NCBI GenBank assembly: GCA_051546255.1
Contig: CP128815.1
Coordinates: 744,001 to 808,000 of the forward strand
Length of the DNA stretch: 64,000 nt
Direction of reading: 5' to 3'
From: Meyerozyma guilliermondii
Taxonomy: Eukaryota
The position numbers and the translations under genes were made by a program. Under the pieces are notes generated by a model that made no database searches, was not told the DNA's origin, and saw only the letters and a program-made list of their open reading frames with translations. Shown here in pieces: positions 10,826 to 21,614 of the stretch (its first letter is position 1; the number at the start of each line of letters is the position of its first letter).

Positions 10826-12670
10826 ATGATAGCCATTGAGTTTGAAGACTGGCAATGGCACTACCACATTTCCACCACCTTCTTCATATGTGTGATAGTG
10901 CCAACGCTTTACTATGTTTATGCGAGATATATTTCGAAAAGCCCCAACCGATACAATAAAATTGAGGCACCATTGAAGATTCAAATGCCGATTCCCGATG
11001 AAGCCAAGCCACATTGGAAGGGAAAGAGGTTATATTCTGGGAAGAAAACATTGAGGGTGCCCAGCGAACCCAATAAAATACAAAGTTTTTGCCCTGCAAC
11101 GGGCCAATCGTTGGGTACTTTTGACACCACTTCAAGACAAGATTTAGATGAGAAAATAGCGCTTGCAAGTAAGGCACAACAAAGCTGGAGCAAGTCGGCA
11201 TTTACCACAAGAAGAAGAGTGCTCCGGACTTTAAGTCGCTATATCATTGACCACCAGGAAGACATAGCCCGAGTAGCATGTCGAGACAGTGGAAAGACAA
11301 AGTTGGATGCGCTGATGGGAGAAATCATGGTTACCCTCGAAAAACTCAGCTGGATAATATCCAATGGAGAGAAGGCGTTGAGACCTTCTCAGAGACCGGG
11401 TCCCTCGAATCTTTTGATTGGGTTGTTGAAAAATGGTGAAGTAAGATACGAACCACTTGGAGTAGTTTCGGCCATAGTGTCTTGGAACTACCCATTCCAC
11501 AACCTTATGGGTCCATTGATTGCATCTATTTTTACTGGCAATGCTATCATCATCAAATGCAGCGAGCAAGTAGTATGGTCGTCAACTTGGTTCGTTCAGT
11601 TGGTCCGCAAGGTGCTCACTGAGCTTGACATCGATGAAAATTTGGTACAATTGTGCTGCTGCTTTCCCGAAGATGCCGACTATTTCACTTCACATCCAGG
11701 AATTTCGCATATAACATTCATTGGCTCAAAGCCTGTGGCTCACAAAGTATTGGAGAGTGCATCGAAGCAGATTACACCTTGCGTCATAGAACTTGGAGGA
11801 AAAGATTCCGTCATTGTTTTGGATGACGTTAAGGACTTTGACGCATTATCGTCCGTCATTATGAGAGGTACATTTCAGAGCGCTGGCCAAAATTGCATTG
11901 GTATCGAGCGAGTAATTGCATTGCCCAAGGCTTACAACAGCCTTGTGGAGATATTGAGCTCCAGAGTCAAAAGTTTGAGAGTTGGGTCTGACATCGACCA
12001 ATTAGATGAGATTGACATGGGCGCTATGATATCAGACAACCGGTTTGAAGAATTGAAGGAACTTATAGCCGACGCAATTAATAAAGGTGCTAAATTGGTA
12101 GCTGGCGGATCTCAATACCAGCACCCCAATTATCCACAAGGAAGCTACTTTGAGCCCACACTCTTGGTGGACGTTACTGAGGATATGAGGATCTTTAAGG
12201 AAGAAGTCTTTGGCCCCATCCTCACTATCATAAGAGCAGACAATGCCGATGATGCGGTGCGACTTTCCAACTCCAGTGAATATGGACTTGGAAATTCGGT
12301 ATTCGGAAAACTTTATAGTGAGTGCAATGCAATTGCAAACAGATTGCAGAGCGGAAATGTTGCTATTAACGACTTTGCTACGTTTTACGTGGCCCAACTA
12401 CCATTTGGAGGAATTAAGAAATCAGGCTTTGGAAAATTTGGTGGAGAAGAAGGCTTAACTGGTTTGTGTGTAGCCAAGTCTGTCGTCATGGATAAGCCAA
12501 TATGGCGTTATTTGGGTGTTGCTACTGCCATTCCTCCTCCAATTGACTACCCTATAAAGGATGACAAAAAAGCATGGAACTTCGTCAAGAATCTTAATGG
12601 AGCAGGCTATGACAACCGGTTGTGGAAGGTGGTCAATGCCTTCAAAGAACTAGCTAAAAGTAGCAAATAA
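10826..12670 (+). CDS. MSC7: ER-type aldehyde dehydrogenase-like protein Msc7
   Basis: N-terminal TM anchor, SWNYPFHN, ELGGKD, catalytic GQNCIG, EEVFGP, LPFGGIK; likely start MIAIEFEDWQW. Confidence 0.9.
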   Translation: MIAIEFEDWQWHYHISTTFFICVIVPTLYYVYARYISKSPNRYNKIEAPLKIQMPIPDEAKPHWKGKRLYSGKKTLRVPSEPNKIQSFCPATGQSLGTFDTTSRQDLDEKIALASKAQQSWSKSAFTTRRRVLRTLSRYIIDHQEDIARVACRDSGKTKLDALMGEIMVTLEKLSWIISNGEKALRPSQRPGPSNLLIGLLKNGEVRYEPLGVVSAIVSWNYPFHNLMGPLIASIFTGNAIIIKCSEQVVWSSTWFVQLVRKVLTELDIDENLVQLCCCFPEDADYFTSHPGISHITFIGSKPVAHKVLESASKQITPCVIELGGKDSVIVLDDVKDFDALSSVIMRGTFQSAGQNCIGIERVIALPKAYNSLVEILSSRVKSLRVGSDIDQLDEIDMGAMISDNRFEELKELIADAINKGAKLVAGGSQYQHPNYPQGSYFEPTLLVDVTEDMRIFKEEVFGPILTIIRADNADDAVRLSNSSEYGLGNSVFGKLYSECNAIANRLQSGNVAINDFATFYVAQLPFGGIKKSGFGKFGGEEGLTGLCVAKSVVMDKPIWRYLGVATAIPPPIDYPIKDDKKAWNFVKNLNGAGYDNRLWKVVNAFKELAKSSK

Positions 12671-12733
12671 GATTTAGAACACTTAAGGACTCTATTGACT
12701 AAACATTAGAAGATATCTAACTTTGAATTGAAT

Positions 12734-13075
12734 TTACTTGGAAGCATTAGCATGCAATTCAAGCGTGGGATTGTTCACCGCATCGATAAGAAGCTTCACA
12801 ACGGAATCCTTCTTTTCCTTGAATTGTTTTCTTATGGCTTCAAGTTCCTCCTGGACCTGGGCGTCGGCGTCTTTCTCGAGCGACTCGTTTAATCCTGCGT
12901 GTTTGGATTCGTATTGCTTCAACTCCTCCTCTTTCTGTTTCTTGTACTCATCAATTTCCTTTTGGGCATCAGTTCTGGCGGACTTCAAACGGTTAGTTCT
13001 ATACTTGCGAGCCTCGTTAACGATCTCGGCTGCATCCTTCTCTGTTTTAAGCAATGCTTGGATTCCGGAGGACAT
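12734..13075 (-). CDS. VMA10: V-ATPase subunit G
   Basis: GIQALLKTEKDAAEIVNEARKYRTNRLKSA, 113 aa coiled coil. Confidence 0.95.
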   Translation of the reverse strand: MSSGIQALLKTEKDAAEIVNEARKYRTNRLKSARTDAQKEIDEYKKQKEEELKQYESKHAGLNESLEKDADAQVQEELEAIRKQFKEKKDSVVKLLIDAVNNPTLELHANASK

Positions 13076-13186
13076 CTTTGCGGTTATCTCCCGTTGGTGA
13101 AGTGGAGTTGAGAATAGGCGACGGGTGTCGTGGTGTTCTGTCTGCAGTGATAAGGCTTATATACAGTATACACAGTGGACATAGAT

Positions 13187-16100
13187 TCAGTCGTAGTACC
13201 CATCAGCTATGAACCGTAGCATATACTCGTCAATATGCCCAATTCCTTCGTCAAAGTCTTCGTCCTCGGTTCTTCGAGTATTCTGGCCCGTGCCGATATC
13301 GTTCATAGTAGACGAAAGTTTGTCTCTCACAGGTCCGTTTGTAGTACCGTTATTCTTTTCTTCATCAAAATCTTCGTCATCAATAGCAACTTCTCTCATG
13401 GCGGCATTAGCCGCTACTCTATCTGCTTCATCTTCGGCTTGAGCTAGTAACTTTTCCATGTTACCATTGCCTTGGTCAATTGGTTTGTCCGGCACCTCGA
13501 CTGCAATCGAGGTATCAGCAACCAAATCACGAACAGAAAATTTGCCAAAGTAGTCAGTGGTGAATTCTCCTTCTTGAATGACAACGTTATCAAGATGTCT
13601 CTTCTGGTTTGCCTTCTTCAAAATGTTAGACTCGATGGTGTACTCTGACACAAATCGGTAAATGTGCACATCTCTGCTTTGACCAATTCTATGACATCTG
13701 TCTTGACACTGCTTATCCATGGCAGGATTCCAGTCAGAATCGTAAAAGATCACAGTGTCAGCACCTGTCAAATTGATACCCAAGCCACCACTTCTTGTGG
13801 AAAGAATGAAAACCGGAATTTTGGGGTCTCGATTAAAAGTCTCTGTCAAAACCTGTCTCTCTTCAATTTTTGTAGCTCCATCAAGACGCATGTAACGATA
13901 GCCATGAATGTTCAAGAACTGCTCCAAAATATCCAAAACCTTAGTCATTTGAGTAAAGATTAATGCCCTATGACCTTCAGAAGTCAATTTCTGCAACAAT
14001 TGAGCCAACTTTTGTAATTTACCGCAATCGAATTGTAATAACGATTTGTCTGGAAAAGCAATGGAAAGCTTAACCTGAGATTGGTGGAACGGATTATCAA
14101 CAGTCCCATCTAAAGCTGCCAGCTGCACGTATGTTCTTGTCGAAACAGGAATCATTTGTTCTTTCATATCAACGGCGACAACTTTTGGAGTGATAACCGA
14201 ATACTTGTCGATGACTTCCCCCATTTCCTCAGAGCGTCTGTCAACGCTGAAAACTATATCATCGTAGGCATCACTTTTCAATACTTTGTAGTTGGTAATG
14301 CCCCGCAACTTGGCCAATAAATTGCGTCCATATAGAGGGTACTTGCTACACCTGAACTCATTCAAATACTGGGCTTGTTTTAAGCGTTCAAGTACCTCCA
14401 ACTGTTCGCTCACCTTGATATACTTGTAATATTCCAAGTAGTTATCAAGATTGGCCTTCTTGTACTGTTCTGCACTTTCAATCAATGCTTCAATCTTTTT
14501 GATTTGCTCGTCAATGATGTTCCTTGAACGAAGTCTATTTGCTGTTTGGGATGCCACAAGGTCAAGGTCGTCCATTTGAGTGATGTTCAAATTTAAGACA
14601 TCGAGAGATACTCTACCTTTAAACGAGTCGTCCTTCAAACAGCGTCGCACACTTTCCTCTTCATTCAGGCACAACGTCATTACGGATTTGGGCTGAGCAA
14701 ATGAAGTAACAATAGGACGAACCTCAAACAAATCAGGGTGATTACACACCTTTCTCAATTGCATCAAACAGTTGATGATAGACAAAAAATTACCTGATGC
14801 TAATGTTTCTTTTGTCTTTGCTCGAGACATAAAGTCATCATACAAGTAACGTTGACGATTAGACAATCGACAATAAATGATGTGTTCGTACTTCCCCGGC
14901 ATTTGCTTTTCAACGTCCTTCTTCAACCGCCGAAGCAAATACGGACGCAAGACCTGATGTAAACGTGCAACAGTATTTCTTGTCTCACTATCCATTTTCA
15001 GGGTAACATTTTCGTCCATTATGTCCCCACCACTAGCCGGAGCAGTCTGCTCCATAATCTTATCAACCGGCTTTCCAAACCAGGTTTGGAAATCTTCCAA
15101 ATTGGCAAAACCATCTGGCATCGCTTGATCGACTTTTGAAGACGGCATAAGAAAGTATAATAAAGACCATAATTCAATCAAGTTGTTTTGAAGCGGAGTA
15201 CCTGTAAGCAACAAACGATTCTCTGTGTTGAAGTTAAGGAGTGCCTTCCAACGAGTTGATCTGAAATTCTTAATATTGTGAGCTTCATCAAGAATCATAT
15301 ATCTCCATCTTCTTCGCTTAAACGACAGGTGATCATGAACGACCAATTGGTACGAAGTGATACAAACATGGAAAGTATCAGGCTTATTCCAACCTTTTCT
15401 TTTCCGAGCTCGCTCTTGTGGTGTACCATAATAAGTTAACACTTTGAACCCAGGAGCAAATTTTTTGAACTCCATCTCCCAATTGAGCATGACAGAAGTA
15501 GGAACAACGATCAAGTGAGGGCCCCAAATATGATGTTCACAGGCCAAATATGCTAGTAATGATATCGTTTGGATGGTTTTTCCAAGTCCCATCTCATCTG
15601 CCAAGATACCATTGGTGTTATTGTTGTACAAACTCGCAAGCCAATTCAAGCCCTGCTTTTGGTATGGTCTCAAGTTTCCTCTCAACAATGATGGCACGGG
15701 AACATCTCGCACCTTGGAACCATTGACTTCTTCAACAGCTCCTTCATCTTTTTTTATCTCTTTGAGTTTTTCCTGTTGCTCGTCTTTCGTCTCTTTGGAA
15801 GCTTGACCATTTTCCTCTTCGTCCGACATTTCCACATCACTATCACTTGCTATATCTGATTCAACAACACTGCCGTCTTCTGATACATCCTCTGTATTAC
15901 CGAATAATGCTGCTAGTCCAGGATTGGAGCCGTTCACGTTTCCATTCTCTTCAGAATCGGAAGCATCAGTTTCCAGATCAGACAGGTCAGAAATGGAATC
16001 AGAATCCGATGTTTCGTCAGATTCCAACGCCGGATCAACAGATTCAGTTTTCATCTTCTCGATAAGGTCTTTTTGTTCCTGAGAGTACTCGAGTTCTTGT

Positions 16101-17914
16101 TTAACATCATCTTGCCTCACCTCTCCATCATACAACGCAGCCAATCCTTGGCTGGAATTAAATTGTTTATCATCGTCCTCATCGTCAGAATCGACTTGGG
16201 GCAGCTTATCAATCGAAGGACTCATTGACAGTTCAATTCTGGCGTATTTTTCTTTCAACTGTTCCACAGTAAGGTCCATATCAAGTTGGTCTTCATCTCC
16301 CAGAACACCTTCTGAGTCAGAGCTAGAACTCATTCGATGATCCATATCAGAAGAATGCGAGCTAGAGTCAGAATCCCCCGATGGTTGCTCATTAGCACTT
16401 TCCAGTGTCCTGTTCAATTGCGCTTCAAGCAATTGTGTAGAATGTTCTAACATTTCACTCAAATGTTGGCGTCCTTGAATCTTTTTCAATTCCTCTTCCT
16501 TTTCCTCTTGGAGATAACGATATACCTTATGTGCTTGAGTCCATCTCTTTTTGACCGCCTGGATGGCTATACGGCTCATTTTCTTCAAGTTTTGTTCTTG
16601 TTCTCGTTGCAAACGTTCCTTTTCACCACTCTTCTTTTTGAAGTGCTGCTCTATTAGTTGTGCTACTCTTCTGGCTCTATTCTGGCGCTGTTTCCTAACA
16701 TGCTGATGGAGTCTGGAGTATGCCATTCCTTGGCTAACCAAGTAGTCAAGGTAGGTGGCATTGTTTTCTAGGCCCTGTACTTTGGGTGCGACTACACCGT
16801 GGGCCCTAAAAGGATCCATGGTTTTAGTTGTCGATTGCTTGAACACGGTTTTTCTAGGCTCGATTTTGTCGCCATTCAATTCGAGTCGCTTTTCATCATA
16901 TATTTTGTGACGCAATTTCGCCATGAGCTCTTTCTGTTCATCCAAAGTTGCTGCATACTCTTCTGGAGTATAGCTGTAGTCCGGTGTTGTATTCTCATCG
17001 ATAATAGCTGCTTTAAACTTTGAGGTCATAAATGTGCGGAGCTTTTCTTCCACCAGTGGCGCAATATACTTGTCCTCAGCCGTTGAAATTACTTGTATGG
17101 GTTCAGGGGAATAGCTTTCGACTGTATGTTCTTTTTGCTCCGAAAGTTCATTTTGAGACACTACTGGTCTCCATTTGGGTATATGGGAAGGGTGGGTGAT
17201 TAGTGGTGGTGGAATGGTGCATTTCACTTTGCTGACTTGGTAATGGGTGTCGTACTCTGTATCACTGGGCATGCTTAGGTCGTCTAAATCCGATGTGAAA
17301 GGAGACATAGCTGGAGAAGCAGAGGCAGAAACTGAACTTTCTCGCATGATCTGCTTCTTTTTAGGTTTTGGTTTCAGTTCAGGAATGGGTTTTTTATCTT
17401 GTGTATGATCCTCTATGAGATTCAAATATTCCGTCTCTATTTCCTTGCTCCGTTGCTCCACTTTCTCCTTGAAGGGAAACTTTTCGTACAATTTTTGTTC
17501 GTATTCCGCCATCGCTCGTTTCTGCTGTCGTAAAGGAATGCTGTCCAAATCAGGAGGAGTCATGTTGCTAGGCCATTTGAGCTGGTATTCGGGGTTCTTG
17601 ACAAAGTCATCGTAGAGTTGTGGGGTGACCGCATTGCTAGTATGGGAGAAATCCGCTGGATTCCAGTACGCGATGGATGTGTATTCTTTCAACTGGAACA
17701 ATTCGTTGACGGCGAGGCTAATTTCCGCACTTATTTCGGCTAAGCGTTCTTCTTTAGAATCCTGCCATGCTATACGCCGTCTCTTGTGGCCATTAGTCTT
17801 CAGCAGAGATGAGGATTTTGAAGTTTCACTCGAATTCGATATTAGTCGAGCAGCATTACGAGACGCTGAACGGCTCTGAGCACCACTGGAGCGCTTTGAC
17901 GTCGAAGATACCAT
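13187..17914 (-). CDS. SWR1: SWR1 chromatin remodelling ATPase (H2A.Z deposition)
   Basis: HSA-like region, GILADEMGLGKT, ILDEAH, split SNF2 helicase with insertion, DKQCQDRCHRIGQ. Confidence 0.96.
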   Translation of the reverse strand: MVSSTSKRSSGAQSRSASRNAARLISNSSETSKSSSLLKTNGHKRRRIAWQDSKEERLAEISAEISLAVNELFQLKEYTSIAYWNPADFSHTSNAVTPQLYDDFVKNPEYQLKWPSNMTPPDLDSIPLRQQKRAMAEYEQKLYEKFPFKEKVEQRSKEIETEYLNLIEDHTQDKKPIPELKPKPKKKQIMRESSVSASASPAMSPFTSDLDDLSMPSDTEYDTHYQVSKVKCTIPPPLITHPSHIPKWRPVVSQNELSEQKEHTVESYSPEPIQVISTAEDKYIAPLVEEKLRTFMTSKFKAAIIDENTTPDYSYTPEEYAATLDEQKELMAKLRHKIYDEKRLELNGDKIEPRKTVFKQSTTKTMDPFRAHGVVAPKVQGLENNATYLDYLVSQGMAYSRLHQHVRKQRQNRARRVAQLIEQHFKKKSGEKERLQREQEQNLKKMSRIAIQAVKKRWTQAHKVYRYLQEEKEEELKKIQGRQHLSEMLEHSTQLLEAQLNRTLESANEQPSGDSDSSSHSSDMDHRMSSSSDSEGVLGDEDQLDMDLTVEQLKEKYARIELSMSPSIDKLPQVDSDDEDDDKQFNSSQGLAALYDGEVRQDDVKQELEYSQEQKDLIEKMKTESVDPALESDETSDSDSISDLSDLETDASDSEENGNVNGSNPGLAALFGNTEDVSEDGSVVESDIASDSDVEMSDEEENGQASKETKDEQQEKLKEIKKDEGAVEEVNGSKVRDVPVPSLLRGNLRPYQKQGLNWLASLYNNNTNGILADEMGLGKTIQTISLLAYLACEHHIWGPHLIVVPTSVMLNWEMEFKKFAPGFKVLTYYGTPQERARKRKGWNKPDTFHVCITSYQLVVHDHLSFKRRRWRYMILDEAHNIKNFRSTRWKALLNFNTENRLLLTGTPLQNNLIELWSLLYFLMPSSKVDQAMPDGFANLEDFQTWFGKPVDKIMEQTAPASGGDIMDENVTLKMDSETRNTVARLHQVLRPYLLRRLKKDVEKQMPGKYEHIIYCRLSNRQRYLYDDFMSRAKTKETLASGNFLSIINCLMQLRKVCNHPDLFEVRPIVTSFAQPKSVMTLCLNEEESVRRCLKDDSFKGRVSLDVLNLNITQMDDLDLVASQTANRLRSRNIIDEQIKKIEALIESAEQYKKANLDNYLEYYKYIKVSEQLEVLERLKQAQYLNEFRCSKYPLYGRNLLAKLRGITNYKVLKSDAYDDIVFSVDRRSEEMGEVIDKYSVITPKVVAVDMKEQMIPVSTRTYVQLAALDGTVDNPFHQSQVKLSIAFPDKSLLQFDCGKLQKLAQLLQKLTSEGHRALIFTQMTKVLDILEQFLNIHGYRYMRLDGATKIEERQVLTETFNRDPKIPVFILSTRSGGLGINLTGADTVIFYDSDWNPAMDKQCQDRCHRIGQSRDVHIYRFVSEYTIESNILKKANQKRHLDNVVIQEGEFTTDYFGKFSVRDLVADTSIAVEVPDKPIDQGNGNMEKLLAQAEDEADRVAANAAMREVAIDDEDFDEEKNNGTTNGPVRDKLSSTMNDIGTGQNTRRTEDEDFDEGIGHIDEYMLRFIADGYYD

Positions 17915-17949
17915 CAGAATATGATGTTTGTGAGACGGGTAGACTCAAA

Positions 17950-17978
17950 GGTGGCCAAATTGAGAAAAAGTGGCAAAA
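17950..17978. promoter_or_regulatory. Two Rpn4/PACE-like elements upstream of SWR1
   Basis: GGTGGCCAAA at 17950-17959 and AGTGGCAAAA at 17969-17978; GGTGGCCAAA also occurs at 45369 upstream of CCT5. Confidence 0.35.
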
Positions 17979-18096
17979 TCGACGAATGTATCTGTTGTAT
18001 GGAACTTTGTGTGAAACCAAAAGTTACAACAGAACTGGTGGGTGGATGTAAAATAATACTACAATGAATGTAACTAAATGTGTATACTGGACTAGT

Positions 18097-18690
18097 CTAT
18101 GCTGAGATAAAGTCGGAGTTTTCCTTGATGTATGCATCCTTTTGCTCAGCAATGGTGTTATCCGCTTGCAAAAATCCCAACTCTTGTTCGGCACTGGTGT
18201 CTGGTTTCACTCTGTAGAAGCCCTCATCATCCTCGCTGCCAGCACCCAATGTTTTCGCCAATCCACCATAAGGGTATGAGCGGGGCATGGCGGGCTTGGC
18301 CGGGTTCAACTCAAAGTACCATATGGCGGCGCCGAATCCGAATACAAGTGAAAAAAAAATGGCATTGTGTTTCAATGCGGTGGAGTCACTGGTGTGATTG
18401 AAAACATCGGGAGACCACATATCGTACAAGTCATCGTCGATGTTTACGGGATCATTGAGGTTTCTCCTGTTCTGCTGGTCATCGTATTTGGCATATGGGT
18501 CTTTAAACTGAGCAAATTCAGGTTTTGGATTAGGGTAGTCTGCGATTTCAGGGCGCTCAGGATCGGTCAACGTGATGATTCTTCCGGTCGTGTGATCTGT
18601 TATCGTTCTGTTAGTGGTCAAGGACCGGGAGAGTCGAGGCACGGCGCCACGAAGCGACAATCCGGCGGATTTCCTCAAAGCTGGCAACAT
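18097..18690 (-). CDS. Mitochondrial complex I accessory subunit NDUFB8/ASHI (NIAM)
   Basis: Mitochondrial presequence, DYPNP..QFKDPYAKYDDQQNRRN..DLYDMWSPD, single TM, KPAMPRSYPYGGLAKTLG. Confidence 0.85.
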   Translation of the reverse strand: MLPALRKSAGLSLRGAVPRLSRSLTTNRTITDHTTGRIITLTDPERPEIADYPNPKPEFAQFKDPYAKYDDQQNRRNLNDPVNIDDDLYDMWSPDVFNHTSDSTALKHNAIFFSLVFGFGAAIWYFELNPAKPAMPRSYPYGGLAKTLGAGSEDDEGFYRVKPDTSAEQELGFLQADNTIAEQKDAYIKENSDFISA

Positions 18691-19060
18691 GTTTGGAGGA
18701 TGATTGGTTGGCCAATGAAGTGCGGAAATTTGTCACGGGTGTGTGCAGGAGCGGAGGTGGGAGAAGACGAGCTGAAGGACGGAGTTAGAGAAATGGTAGA
18801 GAAATAGCGTAGTTAGGAGCTGTAGGAGAGGATACCGAGCAATTGCACCAAACTCTCCTTCTACTTACTCATTTTGGTTTCTAACGTTTATTGCATTTCA
18901 TGCTATACATCAATGCCATGCATCTTATTCTATGCCTCAATATATTGAGTCTCCAGAATGCACACAGTGCAAACTAGCAACATACACTTTGTCACACTGC
19001 TCACAATTGACCACACCTCGATTATCTTCATTTTGATCAAAACCTCTCCAAACTCACTTC

Positions 19061-19333
19061 TTATTTTGTTTGTGGCTGGCCGAATTCCAATCCTTTCACA
19101 TACTCGGCATTGGCCGCAGCCTTTATTCCCTCTGGTCCACTCAAACCTTGGCCGCTTCCCTGGGCAATGTAGCCCACGGCAACATAAACGGGAACAAATG
19201 CTAAAAGAACAGCGCTGTTTCTAATGTTCCAGTATTCATGTACAGGAGGAGGGTTTGTGTTGAAATTGTAGGTATTCTTGAACGACCCGGTGGACTGGAA
19301 CCGTCTGGCAGCTACACGAACGTTTCTGATCAT
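19061..19333 (-). CDS. Small (90 aa) putative mitochondrial single-TM protein of unknown function
   Basis: ATG at 19333 in good context; presequence MIRNVRVAARRFQS and hydrophobic SAVLLAFVPVYVAVGYIA. Confidence 0.75.
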   Translation of the reverse strand: MIRNVRVAARRFQSTGSFKNTYNFNTNPPPVHEYWNIRNSAVLLAFVPVYVAVGYIAQGSGQGLSGPEGIKAAANAEYVKGLEFGQPQTK

Positions 19334-19474
19334 GGCAAATCTACTCGTGTGGGTGTGAGGTAAGAAAGAAAAGCTCGCTGTGATTGGACTCGCGAACGTC
19401 CTCACCTGAGCAATCTGCAGGAATCCCATCGATCAGTAAACGCTACAACTGTCTAAGCACTCCCTCTGTATATA

Positions 19475-20827
19475 ATGTCATATGCCCCACGAGGTCGTGG
19501 AAATCGCTCTGGAGGCTACCAAAGACAGCTGTACCAGAATAGGCCAGTAAACAACAATTCAGCTTACCTGCGACGGCCATACGAACGCAGAGGTCCACAA
19601 CAGAATTACAACCAAAACTACTCAAGCCAAAATTACCCCAATTATTCCAGCCAGAATCACCAGCCAGGCCATAATCAGTATCAGAAACAGTATCTGGACG
19701 TACAAAAGCCGAGAAATGAGAATCAGGTATGGATGGGAGACTTGGATCCTCGCTGGAATGAGCAAGCGATTGCCGATATATGGTCTCAAATAGGTGAAAG
19801 TCCGGTTTCCATTAAAATTATGAAGGACGGAAGAGAACCTGGGGGTGGTTACTGCTTTGTTTCCTTTGCCAATGCCAATGCCGTACAAACTGCGCTTACT
19901 TATAACGGCTCACCGATTCCTAATTCTTCAAAGCATTTCAAGCTCAACATAGCATCACGAGGCAAGAATACTGCAACAGATATTCAGCGAAATTCCAAGC
20001 CCGCTAATGATTTCTCGATATTCGTTGGGGACCTTGCCATGGATGTGTCTGAACCTATTCTTTACGAAGCTTTCAATTCGTTATTTCCTGACCAAGTAAA
20101 GCAGGTAAAAATCATGATGGACAATTCAACGAGAGCATCTAAAGGGTTTGGTTTTGTTCGTTTCTTCGATGCAAACACACAAGCAAAAGCATTAACTGAG
20201 GCTAATGGAATGGTCGTAGGTAGTCGTGCCATCAGAGTTGGCATGGCTGCTGGATCCAATAAACCTCAACCAGTCACTAACATAGTCCATTCAGACCGAT
20301 TAGCATCGCCTGCCATCGAAGAAGAAGTCAAGCTTCCGAAACATGCCAGGTTCTCCGATCCTACGAATAATACTATTGTCGTTCATGGATTGTCTGGTAA
20401 AGTCACCGAAGAAGAACTCGCATTGCATTTGTCCTCGTTTGGGGAAATCTTATATTGTACATTATCGTCAGATTTCGATTCTGGCTACGTCAAATTTTAC
20501 AATCGGCAGGATGCTGAAACTGCAATTTTTTTCATGTATGGTCAAATCATCAACGATTGTCGCATTCAAGTATCATGGGGTCATGGCGATGTTCCTTCTT
20601 CCGAAACTTCAAAGTTGACCATGGCTCCTGCCACCTCCAAATACAACCCGCCACAACCTTTACCCGAAAAGTATGGAGTTTTCCAACAACCTCATTTAAT
20701 ATATGAAAAGTCGGACGAGCTACCATTGATCGAGGAGAGCGAGCCTCAAACCGTGAGTGCTATAAACGAGCACTACCTTTCTCGAAAAAGGGGATATCAG
20801 AAAATACTCAAAGAAGCTCAATTGTGA
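19475..20827 (+). CDS. NAM8: Triple-RRM RNA-binding protein, Nam8/Ngr1 family
   Basis: VWMGDLDP..GYCFVSF, FSIFVGDLA..SKGFGFVRF and DPTNNTIVVHGL RRMs; N/Q/Y-rich N-terminus. The NAM8 versus NGR1 assignment is uncertain. Confidence 0.7.
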   Translation: MSYAPRGRGNRSGGYQRQLYQNRPVNNNSAYLRRPYERRGPQQNYNQNYSSQNYPNYSSQNHQPGHNQYQKQYLDVQKPRNENQVWMGDLDPRWNEQAIADIWSQIGESPVSIKIMKDGREPGGGYCFVSFANANAVQTALTYNGSPIPNSSKHFKLNIASRGKNTATDIQRNSKPANDFSIFVGDLAMDVSEPILYEAFNSLFPDQVKQVKIMMDNSTRASKGFGFVRFFDANTQAKALTEANGMVVGSRAIRVGMAAGSNKPQPVTNIVHSDRLASPAIEEEVKLPKHARFSDPTNNTIVVHGLSGKVTEEELALHLSSFGEILYCTLSSDFDSGYVKFYNRQDAETAIFFMYGQIINDCRIQVSWGHGDVPSSETSKLTMAPATSKYNPPQPLPEKYGVFQQPHLIYEKSDELPLIEESEPQTVSAINEHYLSRKRGYQKILKEAQL

Positions 20828-20828
20828 T

Positions 20829-21569
20829 TCAAGTATGGTCCTCTTCGTAAGGACCAGGACAGTCCGAAGAAATCTCGCAACCGCAGAAATAGCAGTAGTT
20901 GAAATGTGATCGTAGATAGTCAACCAATTCAACAATCTGTGATTCCAACTCCTTTTCTGGTTCTCTTTCCGATACTCTTTCAGACACTAGAATTTCACTG
21001 TATTCTCTCCAGAGCGGATGAACACTCTCAATTTCAAGGTTACCGCCGTGGAAATCATCAGCATCACCACTGAGATTGAATGCAACTTTTTGAAGATTTT
21101 CTAGTAACGATCTTTGATGTCTCGCTTTGTATTTGGCACTATTAGAAGCTGTGTACCCAGTATAGTCCGGGATTGGCTCACTAAAACTGCTTTGGTTGGT
21201 TTTTGCACCAATACCTCTTTTGTCCAACTTGACTGTAACATCTAGAGGCTCGGCAAGACCATTATCTCGTTTTCCCAAAGTACTTCCCGTGGAATACCCC
21301 ATCTTGTACATCATTTTTAGACCAATTGAATCTTTATTAGTAGCGAATAGACTCTGTTGTAAGCCACTTCCACCATCTTCGTGTACTTCCAGTTCTCCAT
21401 CATTTGCATCCACTGAGAAATCCATATAATCCTCTTCATCATCAGATTTTTTACTATTTTCCAGTACGAGTCCTCGCAATTTAGCAGATTGAGTTCTGTT
21501 CTTTATCGGTTTTTCGTTCTCATTATCACTTTCCTCACTGTCTTCGTTCTCAAACACATTGCGCTTCAT
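20829..21569 (-). CDS. CMG1: G-patch protein (Cmg1/GPATCH11 family)
   Basis: G-patch SIGLKMMYKMGYSTGSTLGK..GIG; C-terminal YLRSHFNYCYFCG..CPGP..EDH. Confidence 0.82.
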   Translation of the reverse strand: MKRNVFENEDSEESDNENEKPIKNRTQSAKLRGLVLENSKKSDDEEDYMDFSVDANDGELEVHEDGGSGLQQSLFATNKDSIGLKMMYKMGYSTGSTLGKRDNGLAEPLDVTVKLDKRGIGAKTNQSSFSEPIPDYTGYTASNSAKYKARHQRSLLENLQKVAFNLSGDADDFHGGNLEIESVHPLWREYSEILVSERVSEREPEKELESQIVELVDYLRSHFNYCYFCGCEISSDCPGPYEEDHT

Positions 21570-21614
21570 TTGAGAATTGAAAAATAATTCGAGTACTATA
21601 AATTGTATACAAAT

